From: an uncultured bacterium
GTDB taxonomy: Bacteria; Bdellovibrionota_C; UBA2361; CALJRW01
DNA length: 63,909 nucleotides
Assembly (NCBI GenBank): GCA_937976335.1
Contig: CALJRW010000057.1
Span: forward strand, 1-63,909
Direction: 5' to 3'
Positions 37,957-48,787 of the stretch are shown here, piece after piece; the stretch's first letter is position 1, and every line of letters begins with the position of its first letter. The translations under genes and the position numbers were made by a program. Below the pieces are notes generated by a model, which worked only from the letters and a program-made list of their open reading frames with translations, did not search any database and had not been told where the DNA came from.

Positions 37957-40833
37957 ATGCGATATATATTATTTCTTGTTTTCTTACTAAGCACATTTAC
38001 GTATGCAGAAGAAACTACGGAACTTCTAGTTAAATTTAAATCTAATGATTTTCATGAGCAACTAATAACTATACATGAATTATCGTCAAGCAATTCAAAC
38101 ATTATTTCAGCAAATAAAGTTTTTGAAGAAATTTTATCTTTATCTGAAAGAATTAATCTTTTAGAAGATCTTAAAAGAAGAAGTAAAAAGCAAAAAAAGA
38201 ATTTTATTAAAAGGCAAATTAAAAAATTAGAAAAGTTAGAAAGGAAAATTCAAAGAAAAGCAAGAAAAGAAAACTTACCTAAACCTATAATAAGTAAATG
38301 GTATAAATTGTTAGTATTAAGTAGTAATGTTAACTTAACTAAGCAGGCACTTCAAAATGATTTAAGAGTTGAAGCAGTTAGTGAAAATGTAGAAGTTACT
38401 CTTGCTGATTATCCATATACTTTACCAAATGATAAATTCATTGATAGCAATTTAGATAATCTTTGGGACAAAAATAATATATCGCCTGAAACTCAAATTG
38501 ATATGTATGGATTAGAAATGATCAAAGCGAATAAAGCATGGAGATATACGACTGGAGAAGATGTAATTGTTGCCGTAATTGATACAGGAGTGGACCATAC
38601 CCATCCTGATATTCAAGCAAATATCCATATTAATACTGCTGAAATACCAGATAATAACATAGATGACGATGGTAACGGTTATGTTGATGATTATTATGGA
38701 TATAATTTTTTAGATGATAATTCTAATGCAATGGATTTAGATTATCATGGAACGCATGTGGCTGGAACCATTGCTGCAGTTGCTAATAACACTATTGGTA
38801 TTGCTGGAGTTGCGCCAAATGCAAAAATTATGAATTTGAAAGGACTTCATAATACAGGAGAAATTGAAGGCCTTGCACTGGCAATTAGATATGCAGCAGA
38901 TAATGGAGCAGATATAATTAATAACTCTTGGGGAGGTCCTGGAGTTTCACCTATGATTGAAGATGCTTTAGCATATGCAAAATCACAAGGAGTCGTTTCA
39001 ATTGCTGCTGCTGGAAATAGCTCAGAAGATGCAGCTGATTATTTTCCATCATCTAGTCCGAACTCAATAGCTGTCGGTGCGGTTGACGCTAATGGGGAAT
39101 TAGCAGATTTTTCAAACTATGGAGAAATAGTAAAAGTACTTGCTCCAGGTGTTTTAATTCAATCTTTAGAATGTAGTGAGCTTTATAATATAAGAGGCCC
39201 ACTATCAAGATTTGGTGAACGAGCATATATTAGATCTTCAGGTACCTCAATGGCTGCTCCACATGTTGCAGGTCTTGCAGCTTTAATGATTGCAAAATAT
39301 CCAGACTTGTCTGTAGATGAAGTGAAAAACAAAATTATTTCTTCTAGAAGAAATCTTCCAGCTTCAAGTCAACTTCCAGATGCTGGAATAATAAATGCAG
39401 AAAATGCTGTGTTAAATGATGAGATAAACTTTCTAGAGCCAATAAATAATGAATTATTATCTGATAGTATACAAATAAAATTAGAAGCGCCTACGAATAC
39501 AGAGAGAATTAATTTGTATTTAAATGGAAATAGTATCGCTACGGTATTTGACTATCCTTATAAGCATACACTAGATACTAATTTATATAGCAATGGAAGT
39601 TACGAGTTAAGGGCAGATCTTATAGTTCAAGATGAAATCATAAAAAGCGCTTCAGTTAATGTTTTTATTGAAAATAATTTAGATATTAACATCCGTAGTC
39701 ATAGAGAGAAAGATGAAGTAAATGGTATAATTACAATTTTAGGAAATATTCTAAATCCACAAACTGCAAATAATTTGTTACTTGAATATGCTTCTACATC
39801 AAGACAAATAGCTTACGGAATTAATGGCTATTTTTCTCATGAACTCAATACCAATGATTTAGAAAATGGCTTACAAGAGTTAAAGTTTAAACTTTTTAGA
39901 AATAATGGAACAAGCTCAATTAAAAAAGTTAATTTAATAGTAAACAATCGTATCAATACTTATTATCCAAATGGAAATTTAGAGAGCACAAAAAAACAAG
40001 TATATGATATTAATAGTTTAAAGTTAGTTAGTGAGCATATAGATTATTATAGAAATGAAGCTAGTAGACATTATAAGCATGTTGATAAAATTTATTTTTT
40101 AAATAGTCAAAATTTAAGATTAAAAACAGATATTTTTTATAATGATAGTGGACAAAGAACAAAAAATGTAATTTCTGAGTATAGAGAAGAACCTTATTCT
40201 TTGCTCTTAAATAGAACATATAATTATAATCCTCAAACTAACCAACCTACTTGGTGGCTAATAAATTTCTTTAATGAAAGTAGTAATTTAGAAAAAACTA
40301 GAACTAAAGATCATATTTATCATAATGGTGCAATAAAAACGATTAGAATTAATGAATACGATAAGAATGACAATCCACTTTCTGTAGAGTTTATCCATCA
40401 CAGAAATGATGAAACAAAAGAAAGATCGCAAAAAATAGTTTGGGATTTATTTACTAACGTTGTCTTAAATAATAACACAAACTTTGATGTTAATGGCAAA
40501 GAACTATTATCTGAAACTTCTGAATTTGAAAATAGTCAAAGAGTTAAGTATGTAAGAAAAGATTTTATTAATGGAGTTCCTACTAAGAATCTTGTTATTC
40601 AAGATCAATATGTTAGAGCTAATGATGATAGAAAAAGTAAAACTATAAGAAAAGAGTTTGATGGTTCTTGGAATTTAGAAAGAATGTTAGAAATTAAATT
40701 TGATAGAATACATGCAAATGTTGAAAGAGAGAGGGATGATTATATGTACATTGCTGGAGTTCTAAGAAGAAGAATTATAATTAGATATGATTTAGCAGGA
40801 AATGAAACTTATAGAAGAGAGTATAATTTTTAA
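37957..40833 (+). CDS. Secreted S8 peptidase with Ig-like domains and C-terminal beta-hairpin repeats
   Basis: Signal peptide MRYILF…TYA; VAVIDTG, HGTHVAG, GTSMAAPHV; two LDTN..SNG/LNTN..ENG Ig-like units; Y/F-D-x-x-G-N repeats. Confidence 0.88.
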   Translation: MRYILFLVFLLSTFTYAEETTELLVKFKSNDFHEQLITIHELSSSNSNIISANKVFEEILSLSERINLLEDLKRRSKKQKKNFIKRQIKKLEKLERKIQRKARKENLPKPIISKWYKLLVLSSNVNLTKQALQNDLRVEAVSENVEVTLADYPYTLPNDKFIDSNLDNLWDKNNISPETQIDMYGLEMIKANKAWRYTTGEDVIVAVIDTGVDHTHPDIQANIHINTAEIPDNNIDDDGNGYVDDYYGYNFLDDNSNAMDLDYHGTHVAGTIAAVANNTIGIAGVAPNAKIMNLKGLHNTGEIEGLALAIRYAADNGADIINNSWGGPGVSPMIEDALAYAKSQGVVSIAAAGNSSEDAADYFPSSSPNSIAVGAVDANGELADFSNYGEIVKVLAPGVLIQSLECSELYNIRGPLSRFGERAYIRSSGTSMAAPHVAGLAALMIAKYPDLSVDEVKNKIISSRRNLPASSQLPDAGIINAENAVLNDEINFLEPINNELLSDSIQIKLEAPTNTERINLYLNGNSIATVFDYPYKHTLDTNLYSNGSYELRADLIVQDEIIKSASVNVFIENNLDINIRSHREKDEVNGIITILGNILNPQTANNLLLEYASTSRQIAYGINGYFSHELNTNDLENGLQELKFKLFRNNGTSSIKKVNLIVNNRINTYYPNGNLESTKKQVYDINSLKLVSEHIDYYRNEASRHYKHVDKIYFLNSQNLRLKTDIFYNDSGQRTKNVISEYREEPYSLLLNRTYNYNPQTNQPTWWLINFFNESSNLEKTRTKDHIYHNGAIKTIRINEYDKNDNPLSVEFIHHRNDETKERSQKIVWDLFTNVVLNNNTNFDVNGKELLSETSEFENSQRVKYVRKDFINGVPTKNLVIQDQYVRANDDRKSKTIRKEFDGSWNLERMLEIKFDRIHANVERERDDYMYIAGVLRRRIIIRYDLAGNETYRREYNF

Positions 40834-40881
40834 TTGTTAGCAGAGTTTTCTTTCAATGTAATGCTTTTTTAAGCATGTAGT

Positions 40882-42657
40882 TCAATTTACACTATTTCGT
40901 ATCATTTCTAAAGTTCTAGAACATTCTTTTTTAGCAGCAAAAATTTGATTTTTTTTAAATAATTTAAAAATAGTTTTCAGTTGTGAGTTTAATATATCAT
41001 CTTGAAAGAAACCTATATATTTTTCTATTGGATAGAGAAAATATATATTTTTTATTGCTTGTGTATACTTTCTTTCACTATTTCCTGAGTTCAACTCTTC
41101 ATCCCATTCAGAGCAAAAACTAAAAAGACGACTTGCTAATTCAAAATGTTTAACTTCTCTATCTTTATTAACTACTTCCCACATTAGACCGAAAGGCATG
41201 TAAATCATATTAAGCTCTTTTGGTAATAGCGTATCATGATAAGCAAAAACTCTTCTATTATTTTTTAGAGCCCAATTAATGATAGAAGTTAAATTCCAAG
41301 GTTCTATCATTCTAAGTTCTTTAACTTGTTTTTTTATAGAGCTTTGATAAGGCTTTGCAGGAATGAGTCCTGGAATTATAGAAATTAAATCTCTTCGTTC
41401 TTTTTTTACGAGTTGTAAATACTGCATTCCCATACCAATTCTATCTTGGCTTGTAAGAATTAATGCGTTCATTGGAATTTCTTTAGCTATTTGATTTATC
41501 TCTATTTGAACTATTTTATCATTATTCGCGTCGCCCATATTAATATTTTTATTTAGAGTTAATAGAGAAGGGAATAAAATTAAAAAAAGTATAATGTAAA
41601 AAAAAGTCTTAGTTTTTGGAATTATTTCTCCTACAGCAAAACTCAAAAGAAGAGTGAATGGTAAAATAATAGTAGGCCAAAATCTATGTGTGATTTCTAG
41701 AAATTTTTCTTCAAAAGGAAAGCCATTTAATTTAGATGCAAAAAATAAGTATAGTAAACATGTGCTAATTAAGCCCCATTTAAGAAATGATTTTTTTTTG
41801 CTAAATAATGCTAAAAGTGGAGCTAGAATAATCAAGGGAATAACAGTAAGTGAATATTTAAGAAAATGCGGGAAATAAGAAATTTTTTCTACTGCTCCGC
41901 TAGAGCCTAGAGAAAAAGTTCCATATCCACTTCTCAGAACATGTGCAAGAAAGTCCCTTAAATTATCAGGTGCGCTAAAAGCTACAGTATTTTTAGGATC
42001 AAAATAAAATAATAAAAGAAAATAAGGAGTTAAGCCTATAATTGCAGAAGAAACTGATATTGCAAAAGATTTGAAAAATCCATTTTTTTCTCCATGCTTT
42101 ATAATGCAAGCTAAGATAAGAGGTGCCCAAAAAATTATTGTTTGATGATGACAAGCAAAAACTCCTGATAGTAATGATATGAATACTAAATTTTTAGTTT
42201 TATTTGAATTATCTAATAAAAAACTTATCCCTAAAAAAGCTAGTAATGAACAAAAAAAATGATGTAATCCAAATACTTCAGCGTCTGTCGCAGTATAAAC
42301 ACTCGGTCCAAAGGTAATCCATGAAAAAGAAAGTGCAGCAGCGATAATATAATTTTTTGAAAGTAGAAAAGAGCTTACAAATATTAACGAACCAGCTAAA
42401 GATTGCATTATAGCTGAAAAGAGAGAAAGAGTTTTAAAAGGATTTTTAGGAAAAATTTTAACTAGAGTTTGGCTTGTTAGAGAAAAAATAGGATATCCAG
42501 GAGGATGAATTGGAGCTTTTAGTATTGCTGTTGTAACTAGCTCTCCGCTATCAGTAATTTGTGGGGTATTACTAGTTAGGGGTAGATACAATGCTAGCGT
42601 AGCTATAAAAACAAGTATAACTAAATAGTAGTTTAACTTTAGATTTTGATTCTTCAC
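40882..42657 (-). CDS. DUF2723/TMEM260-like GT-C glycosyltransferase
   Basis: DSGEL…IHPPGYP, ATDAEVFGL, HHQT; many TM helices. Confidence 0.8.
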   Translation of the reverse strand: MKNQNLKLNYYLVILVFIATLALYLPLTSNTPQITDSGELVTTAILKAPIHPPGYPIFSLTSQTLVKIFPKNPFKTLSLFSAIMQSLAGSLIFVSSFLLSKNYIIAAALSFSWITFGPSVYTATDAEVFGLHHFFCSLLAFLGISFLLDNSNKTKNLVFISLLSGVFACHHQTIIFWAPLILACIIKHGEKNGFFKSFAISVSSAIIGLTPYFLLLFYFDPKNTVAFSAPDNLRDFLAHVLRSGYGTFSLGSSGAVEKISYFPHFLKYSLTVIPLIILAPLLALFSKKKSFLKWGLISTCLLYLFFASKLNGFPFEEKFLEITHRFWPTIILPFTLLLSFAVGEIIPKTKTFFYIILFLILFPSLLTLNKNINMGDANNDKIVQIEINQIAKEIPMNALILTSQDRIGMGMQYLQLVKKERRDLISIIPGLIPAKPYQSSIKKQVKELRMIEPWNLTSIINWALKNNRRVFAYHDTLLPKELNMIYMPFGLMWEVVNKDREVKHFELASRLFSFCSEWDEELNSGNSERKYTQAIKNIYFLYPIEKYIGFFQDDILNSQLKTIFKLFKKNQIFAAKKECSRTLEMIRNSVN

Positions 42658-42828
42658 TTGATTAAGTTAAAATTAATTACTTACTTGTACAAGAATGAAA
42701 ATTGCTAATAAGGCACTAAGATTATTAGAAAAGAATAGTGAGAAATAGCTTGATATGATAGTAATACTATTGTATGATAGTTTTGTTAAAATTAAAGAGA
42801 AGGTTGGCATTTTATGTAGTACTAATAG

Positions 42829-44328
42829 ATGTCACAGACAACAGAAATAGCAAATTTTCCAGTTAATACTGAAATCACTCAACTAAACTATGCAGATCAA
42901 GTAATAGATGTATCTTTTAACGAATTAGCTCTACCTATTCTTAGTGAAGAAAGTTTAGAGGACGTAGATGTTTTTAAAGTTGAAAATCGTATATTTCAAA
43001 ATTTTGCAAATATTGAAGTATCCTTTTCTCAACCTTTAGAAGGAGAGCAAGAAAATCTTGATCCTTTTATTTTTACACTATCTAATGCTCGAGGCGTAAA
43101 AATAATTACAGTTTCAATTTTAGATGTAACTGAAGATATACAAGCTGCACTTTTAGATTACTTTTTTAATTTAAATGAAAAAAAAGATGGTGTAAAAATA
43201 AGCAACCCTGATGGTAATAATCAGTTTGAATGGATTGTTAAACCTGAAAAATTAGGTTTAATGTTAAAAGAAGTTGAGAGATTAGGGGGCAGTGTAGAAG
43301 CAAATGAAGCGAGGCATTTAGATGAGATTGTTGGTTTTTACAAATATCATATTACTTCTAATTTAGGACCTGAAACAATAGATGTATTGGATTTAAAGCA
43401 AGGAAAAATACTACAAAGAAATCATGCACTGCAAAATGAAAAAACAAATGACGAAACAGTAAGATGGATTGACGTTACTAATCCATCTCCTGAAACTTAT
43501 GAAAAGTTAAAGCAAATATATGGGCTAGATACTGAATTTGTAAAAAAGTGTAGTACCTTTAACTGGAATACTACTGTTCGATACGATGAAGAAGAAAAAC
43601 ATTTATTAATTGGGCAACATATACTTACAAATAGTGATACATCAGCATCTGGAATAGCGTTAAAGTCTATTTATTTTATCATTGGTGAAGATTACATAAT
43701 AACTTTACATAAAGAAGATAGTGACTTGATTGAGAAGTTAAAAGATCAGTACGTAGAAGGTGTAAGTCATCCAAAAATTGGAATTGCTCCGGTGTTTTAT
43801 AGATTATCTTCTAGTATTTTATCAAACAATCATTTATTTGTTAAAGAATTACATGAAAAAGCAGGTCGTCTTTTATTTAAAATCAAAGAGCCTGGAAAAG
43901 CAGGTTGTAAAAAAGTAAAAGAAAAGAGCGTTGAAATTTCCGATATGAGCGATCAGTTAGAGACAATATATGAAGGATTGAGCGTAGTTCCTCATAAAAT
44001 AGATTATTTTTTAAAATTAGAAAATTCAAAAACAGGCTTAAATGTTTGGAAGAGTAATTGGTCTGATATGTTAGAAAGTTCTCAAGGCATGATAAGTAAA
44101 GTGCAGCGCAGATTTAGTAAAATTTTTAAAAATTATAATGAAGAATTAGCAAAATTTGGGAAAAAATCTGTTGGTTTTGTTACAATTGTTTTAACTAGTT
44201 CTTCTGTTATTCCTAACTTAGTAAATAGTTATAGTGGTATTACTCCAGTCTACAGACCTTTTTTTATTGCAGCATCTTCAGCTTTGGTTATTGCTATGGC
44301 TTACGCTTATTGGAAAAATATAGAGTAA
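42829..44328 (+). CDS. Divergent CorA-fold protein with an N-terminal extension and no GMN motif
   Basis: RWIDVTNPS, YFIIGEDYIITLH, long helical stalk, two C-terminal TM. Confidence 0.6.
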   Translation: MSQTTEIANFPVNTEITQLNYADQVIDVSFNELALPILSEESLEDVDVFKVENRIFQNFANIEVSFSQPLEGEQENLDPFIFTLSNARGVKIITVSILDVTEDIQAALLDYFFNLNEKKDGVKISNPDGNNQFEWIVKPEKLGLMLKEVERLGGSVEANEARHLDEIVGFYKYHITSNLGPETIDVLDLKQGKILQRNHALQNEKTNDETVRWIDVTNPSPETYEKLKQIYGLDTEFVKKCSTFNWNTTVRYDEEEKHLLIGQHILTNSDTSASGIALKSIYFIIGEDYIITLHKEDSDLIEKLKDQYVEGVSHPKIGIAPVFYRLSSSILSNNHLFVKELHEKAGRLLFKIKEPGKAGCKKVKEKSVEISDMSDQLETIYEGLSVVPHKIDYFLKLENSKTGLNVWKSNWSDMLESSQGMISKVQRRFSKIFKNYNEELAKFGKKSVGFVTIVLTSSSVIPNLVNSYSGITPVYRPFFIAASSALVIAMAYAYWKNIE

Positions 44329-44329
44329 A

Positions 44330-44411
44330 AACTCCAAAATCTCTAAATCTCTGCGTCACTAAAAAAATATTTTATTTCTTAGTGACGCAGAGATTTAGAG
44401 TTTTTGGAGTT
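44330..44411. repeat. 33-bp near-perfect inverted repeat (REP-like) between convergent genes
   Basis: Arms 44330-44362 and 44379-44411 match 32/33; shares TTAGTGACGCAGAG with the 14697 element. Confidence 0.88.
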
Positions 44412-44412
44412 G

Positions 44413-46107
44413 CTAACTAACTTTCAAAAACTGCCCAACAATTAGTTTATTTCCGTGAATTCCATTTTTACTTCTAAGATTGCTTACGCTAATTCCAAAT
44501 TTTTTGCTTATTCCCCATAAGGAATCGCCTTTTCTAACTTTATAGGTTTTAGTTTTTTTGCTAGTTTTTGATGTAGGAGTTCCAGTTACTCTAAGTTTTT
44601 GACCCACTCTTATCATATTACCTCTAATACCATTTAAAGAGCGCAATCTTGAAGTGGATATTCTATATTTAGTAGCTATACCTGAAATTGTGTCGCCTTT
44701 TCTCACTTTATAAATAGAAGTAGTTATTTTTTTTGAACTACTCAGTTTAGGTGTTGATTGAACATATGAGCCTTCTTCTACTTCTAGAACTTGTCCTACA
44801 TAAATGCGACTGCTTTTTAATCCATTAATTTTCTTTAGTTCATTAACAGACATGCCAAATTTTTTAGCAATCTTATTTAAATTCTCACCTTTTCTTACTT
44901 TATGAGAGTAGTTAGCAGAATATACTGAACTAGCTGTAGGGCCTCTCGGTTCAGCTGTTTTTAAACTTGCCATATTTTGGCTAAATTCAGAGGGGACATT
45001 TAAATTATAGCCACCTGGGATTTTGTATCTTCCAGACCATACATTTTTAGATAAAGCATAGTTGTAGTCTTTAAGGTTTTCCTTCGATGTTCCAAGTTGA
45101 TTTACAATGTGTGAAACTGACATAGAATGAGAAAGTCTGGTAGTTTCAAAGTGTCTTGGTTCATCTAATTCTAAATATGGAAAATAACTTCTATAATCAT
45201 TGTAAACTTCAAGTGCTGCTAAAAATTCAGGATAAAAGTTATTGGAGGCGAATCCAAAAACTCGCTTTGTAGGATGTTCAATAATAGTAGCAAGGTTATT
45301 AGTGCCCATTTTCTTGACTTTACTTCTAACTCCGCCAACTCCATGATTGTAGGAAGTCATAGCTAAAGGCCAAGATCCAAGTGCGGCATAAGCATTTTTT
45401 AGGTACTTAGCAGCAGCTTTAGTAGCTAAGGTAACATCTCTTCTTTCATCGTAATATTTTGAAATTCTTAATCCAAAAGAACGTCCAGTTCTTGGCATAA
45501 ATTGCCAAATACCAGCAGCTCCAACAGAACTATAAGCTGTATAGTCAAAAGAAGATTCAATAAAGGGAAGTCTTGTTATCTCAATTGGTAATCCATGTTG
45601 GTTAACAAAAATATCTTCAATTATATGTAAGTACCTTTGCGAGCGTTTTAATGAATTTTCAAATTTTTCTTTGATTCCTTGTTGAGCTCTAACCATTTTT
45701 TCTTTTATTGCATGTTTATATTTTTCAGTTCCAGCAGGAAGATAGGACATAACTTCTTGAACATGTAATTCGAACTGGCTAATAGGCTCTTCTCCTCGAG
45801 CTAAAATTTTTAAGGCACTGTAGACTTGTTTTGCATTATCTTCTTTTCTTCTTTTAACCAGTTTTTCGATCTCTCTTTTAGATTTGCCAACAACTTCCCC
45901 ACTTAAGTCCATAACTCCAAAAACGATTTGCGGAAAATCTTTATGATGAACTAAAAACTGGTTTGTATTATAGCGCGTAAATATATCTATCCAAAAATCA
46001 ACTCTTCCTCGTAGTTCAGGAGGTGTTGAAAAGTCTTCAGATTGCAAAAGTGAAGATGTAGAAAAGAGGAAGCAAAGAAGCAAAAATATCTTATTAATAA
46101 TTTTCAT
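44413..46107 (-). CDS. Lytic transglycosylase (MltD-like) with C-terminal LysM domains
   Basis: LPFIESSF, GAAGIWQFMP.TG, SYNHG; three HKV/YKVRKG(E/D) LysM repeats. Confidence 0.92.
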   Translation of the reverse strand: MKIINKIFLLLCFLFSTSSLLQSEDFSTPPELRGRVDFWIDIFTRYNTNQFLVHHKDFPQIVFGVMDLSGEVVGKSKREIEKLVKRRKEDNAKQVYSALKILARGEEPISQFELHVQEVMSYLPAGTEKYKHAIKEKMVRAQQGIKEKFENSLKRSQRYLHIIEDIFVNQHGLPIEITRLPFIESSFDYTAYSSVGAAGIWQFMPRTGRSFGLRISKYYDERRDVTLATKAAAKYLKNAYAALGSWPLAMTSYNHGVGGVRSKVKKMGTNNLATIIEHPTKRVFGFASNNFYPEFLAALEVYNDYRSYFPYLELDEPRHFETTRLSHSMSVSHIVNQLGTSKENLKDYNYALSKNVWSGRYKIPGGYNLNVPSEFSQNMASLKTAEPRGPTASSVYSANYSHKVRKGENLNKIAKKFGMSVNELKKINGLKSSRIYVGQVLEVEEGSYVQSTPKLSSSKKITTSIYKVRKGDTISGIATKYRISTSRLRSLNGIRGNMIRVGQKLRVTGTPTSKTSKKTKTYKVRKGDSLWGISKKFGISVSNLRSKNGIHGNKLIVGQFLKVS

Positions 46108-47479
46108 ATAAATAATTTAGTAGGTTTTTTTCAAAAGTGTGTGCCCTACCAGTATTATTTACATTATTTTGCAAAATGACAAAGATGTATTTATTTCCAG
46201 CTCTTCCATAGGCATATCCAGCTAAACTAGTAACTTTACTAATTGTTCCTGTTTTTGCCCTAATTGTCATAGATTTTGGGCCAACTAGCCTTTTTTCTAA
46301 AGTTCCATTTTTACCTGAAACTGCGAAAGATTTTTCAAAATCTGAATAATACTCAGGTTTTGCTGAAACTGAGAGTAGTACCTGAGAAATCAGATTAGCT
46401 GACAGTTTGTTCTCATGGCTAAGACCAGAGGCATCAGCAATGGAGTAATTGTTATCTTGAATGCCAATTTTTGATAAATAGTTTCTAATTTGCCCTAATC
46501 CTCTAGCTCTATCTCCATCTCCAATGCGAGTTGCTATCTGTTCTGCCATTAAATTATTACTATAGTGATTCATATCGTCAATAATATGACTTAAGGCTTT
46601 TGATGAGTGTGAGAATAATTTTTTAGAATTGATAGGAAGAGTTCCTATATTTAGGCTATTTCCAACTTCTATCCCAACTTCTTTTAATAATCCTCTAAAA
46701 ACTATAGCAAAATAAACTTCAGGACGGTTAACGCTTCTGTAAGCTGGGGTGCATTCGTATTTATGGTAAATGCTTCCTCCCAGTTTATATCTTAGTAAGT
46801 ATGGTTTATTAGGATTTGTAGGAAGTTCATCTACCGAATATCTAGCGCTGCGTTTGCTACTAGTTGAAATTTTTCCTACTAATTCAACTGGTTGCTCTAC
46901 GGGGTCTATATTAACTATTGCTGTATTTCCAGAACCGTTTGGACAAATTTCAAAAGATATAGAATTAAAATTAAATGTTAGAGCAGAAGTTCCATTTAAA
47001 TAGGATCTTTGTCCTTGTTTTTTTAATGGGTCAATGAAATATGAATTATCAATTACTAATTCATTAATTTTTTTAACGCCTCTACGTTTTAGTTTTCTTG
47101 CAATTAACCAAGCATCTTCAATTGTAAAGCTCGGATCACCCGATCCATAAACATAAAGTTTATCTAAATTACTACCAGATTCATTTGAGTAAATATTAGT
47201 TACAAACTTAAAGTCAGGTCCAAGTGTATCAAAAGCGCTAGCTGCAGTTACAGCTTTCATTACACTAGCAGGTTTTAAAAGGTTTCCAGCATTATATTCA
47301 AAAATGCTTTCTTGAGTGTTAATGTCAAGTATTTTAATTCCAATACTATCTTTGTTTGGTAACTTTTTTATTAAGCTAGAAAAGTTTTCAGCACTAGAGT
47401 TAATGCTTAAAGCAAGTAGTAGTGAGAGTAGAAATCTAAAAGATCTACTATATTTTTTCAGTGCAGTTACAAGATTCAA
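46094..47479 (-). CDS. dacB: D-Ala-D-Ala carboxypeptidase/endopeptidase PBP4 (S13)
   Basis: PASVMK (SxxK), GSGDP, YSNN (SxN), DASGLS, AKTGT. Confidence 0.92.
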   Translation of the reverse strand: MNLVTALKKYSRSFRFLLSLLLALSINSSAENFSSLIKKLPNKDSIGIKILDINTQESIFEYNAGNLLKPASVMKAVTAASAFDTLGPDFKFVTNIYSNESGSNLDKLYVYGSGDPSFTIEDAWLIARKLKRRGVKKINELVIDNSYFIDPLKKQGQRSYLNGTSALTFNFNSISFEICPNGSGNTAIVNIDPVEQPVELVGKISTSSKRSARYSVDELPTNPNKPYLLRYKLGGSIYHKYECTPAYRSVNRPEVYFAIVFRGLLKEVGIEVGNSLNIGTLPINSKKLFSHSSKALSHIIDDMNHYSNNLMAEQIATRIGDGDRARGLGQIRNYLSKIGIQDNNYSIADASGLSHENKLSANLISQVLLSVSAKPEYYSDFEKSFAVSGKNGTLEKRLVGPKSMTIRAKTGTISKVTSLAGYAYGRAGNKYIFVILQNNVNNTGRAHTFEKNLLNYLYENY

Positions 47480-47798
47480 GTTCTTCGTCTGTCATATCTA
47501 AAGTTGTTGTTTCGTTCAGAGCTATAAATTCGTTGTATTCTGCTGGAACACCAGAATCTTCATATATTGCTTCAACAGGGCATTCAGTTTCGCAAGCTCC
47601 GCAGTTAATGCATTGATCTGGATGGATCATTAGCATTCCTACTTTTTCGTCGCCATCCTCACTATCATCGCCAGCAGTAACTCCGTATTTATCATTTAAA
47701 TCTTTTTTTCTAATGTCGTAAAAACAATCAACCGGACAGACTTCAACACATGATCTATCTTTAGTTCCTAAGCAAGGTTTAGCTACTATGTATGTCAT
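47448..47798 (-). CDS. Ferredoxin (7Fe/dicluster type) with an acidic insert
   Basis: [15 protein letters not shown] and [16 protein letters not shown]. Confidence 0.9.
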   Translation of the reverse strand: MTYIVAKPCLGTKDRSCVEVCPVDCFYDIRKKDLNDKYGVTAGDDSEDGDEKVGMLMIHPDQCINCGACETECPVEAIYEDSGVPAEYNEFIALNETTTLDMTDEELESCNCTEKI

Positions 47799-48001
47799 TT
47801 ATATTTCTCTTAAAATTTATTAACTATAGGTTTAATTTTAATCATAAAATTGAATTCAGAACAATAGAGGGAAGATTGAGGTGCTTTATAGTTAACGCAA
47901 TTAGGTAGTTGTTATACCTTTGGCTGATAGTTATAACAAAAAAGCTCTGTCCTATTGGACAAGACTTTATGTTATAAGCATATATTTGGAATAGGGGGCA
48001 T

Positions 48002-48490
48002 TTAAAGTAAAAGCTTAACAATCTTCTCTTTTGAAACTTTTATTCTAAAATCATGATAGTTGCCGTTTTCATCTTTTTTTGCATCGTTTAACCAAAGATT
48101 TAAAATTTCGGCTTTATAGACTCTTAATGGACTTTCTTTAATAAAATGAGAACCGTCATCGGGTATACAGTTCTTTCTATTTTGAATGTAAAATCTTCCT
48201 TTTTTTGCATTTGTTAAATCAGAAATTTCATAAGCATTTGCTTCTATATATAGACCTACTCCCGAGCCCTCCGGAGTGGTGGAATTATAAATTACAATAA
48301 AAACATTTTTATTCTCTTTGATATTATTAGAATGAACAGAGTTTATTGTAGAATACCAATAAAAGTTTAAATTTTCGTCATAGGCAGCGTATACAGGAGT
48401 ATTCCAAGGTTTGTTATTTGTACTTGAAGTTGCAACGGATAGGTAAATGTTATCTTTAATAATTTTATACGCTTGATATTCAGGTGTCAT
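48002..48490 (-). CDS. Pyridoxamine 5'-phosphate oxidase-family (split barrel) protein
   Basis: YLSVATSS…PWNTPVY…FYWYS…S.HS.NI..N..V. Confidence 0.8.
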   Translation of the reverse strand: MTPEYQAYKIIKDNIYLSVATSSTNNKPWNTPVYAAYDENLNFYWYSTINSVHSNNIKENKNVFIVIYNSTTPEGSGVGLYIEANAYEISDLTNAKKGRFYIQNRKNCIPDDGSHFIKESPLRVYKAEILNLWLNDAKKDENGNYHDFRIKVSKEKIVKLLL

Positions 48491-48535
48491 ATATATAGAC
48501 GGTAATTTCTGCTTACAAGTTTTTGCTTATTGCTT

Positions 48536-48572
48536 ACTTTATCTTTAGAACCAAAGTTTTAAAAGATAAAGT
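48536..48572. terminator. Hairpin immediately 3' of tRNA-Cys
   Basis: ACTTTATCTTT…AAAGATAAAGT inverted repeat. Confidence 0.5.
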
Positions 48573-48573
48573 A

Positions 48574-48647
48574 AGGCCCGAACGGGACTCGAACCCGTGA
48601 ATGATGGTTTTGCAAACCATTGCCTTAGCCAACTTGGCTATCGGGCC
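48574..48647 (-). tRNA. tRNA-Cys(GCA), CCA not encoded
   Basis: Acceptor GGCCCGA/TCGGGCC with discriminator U; anticodon arm ATGGT-TTGCAAA-ACCAT; T arm ACGGG-TTCGAGT-CCCGT. Confidence 0.96.
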
Positions 48648-48787
48648 ACTTAGGGGTACATGGTAGCTTATTGCATTTTTGCTTTCAAGTCTGTTTGAAT
48701 TTAGCTTTTTATTTACTTGAGCTTACTTTTTGGACTTTCTATAAGTACTCAATTCCAGTATGAAATATGCTATCAAAGCAGATACTC

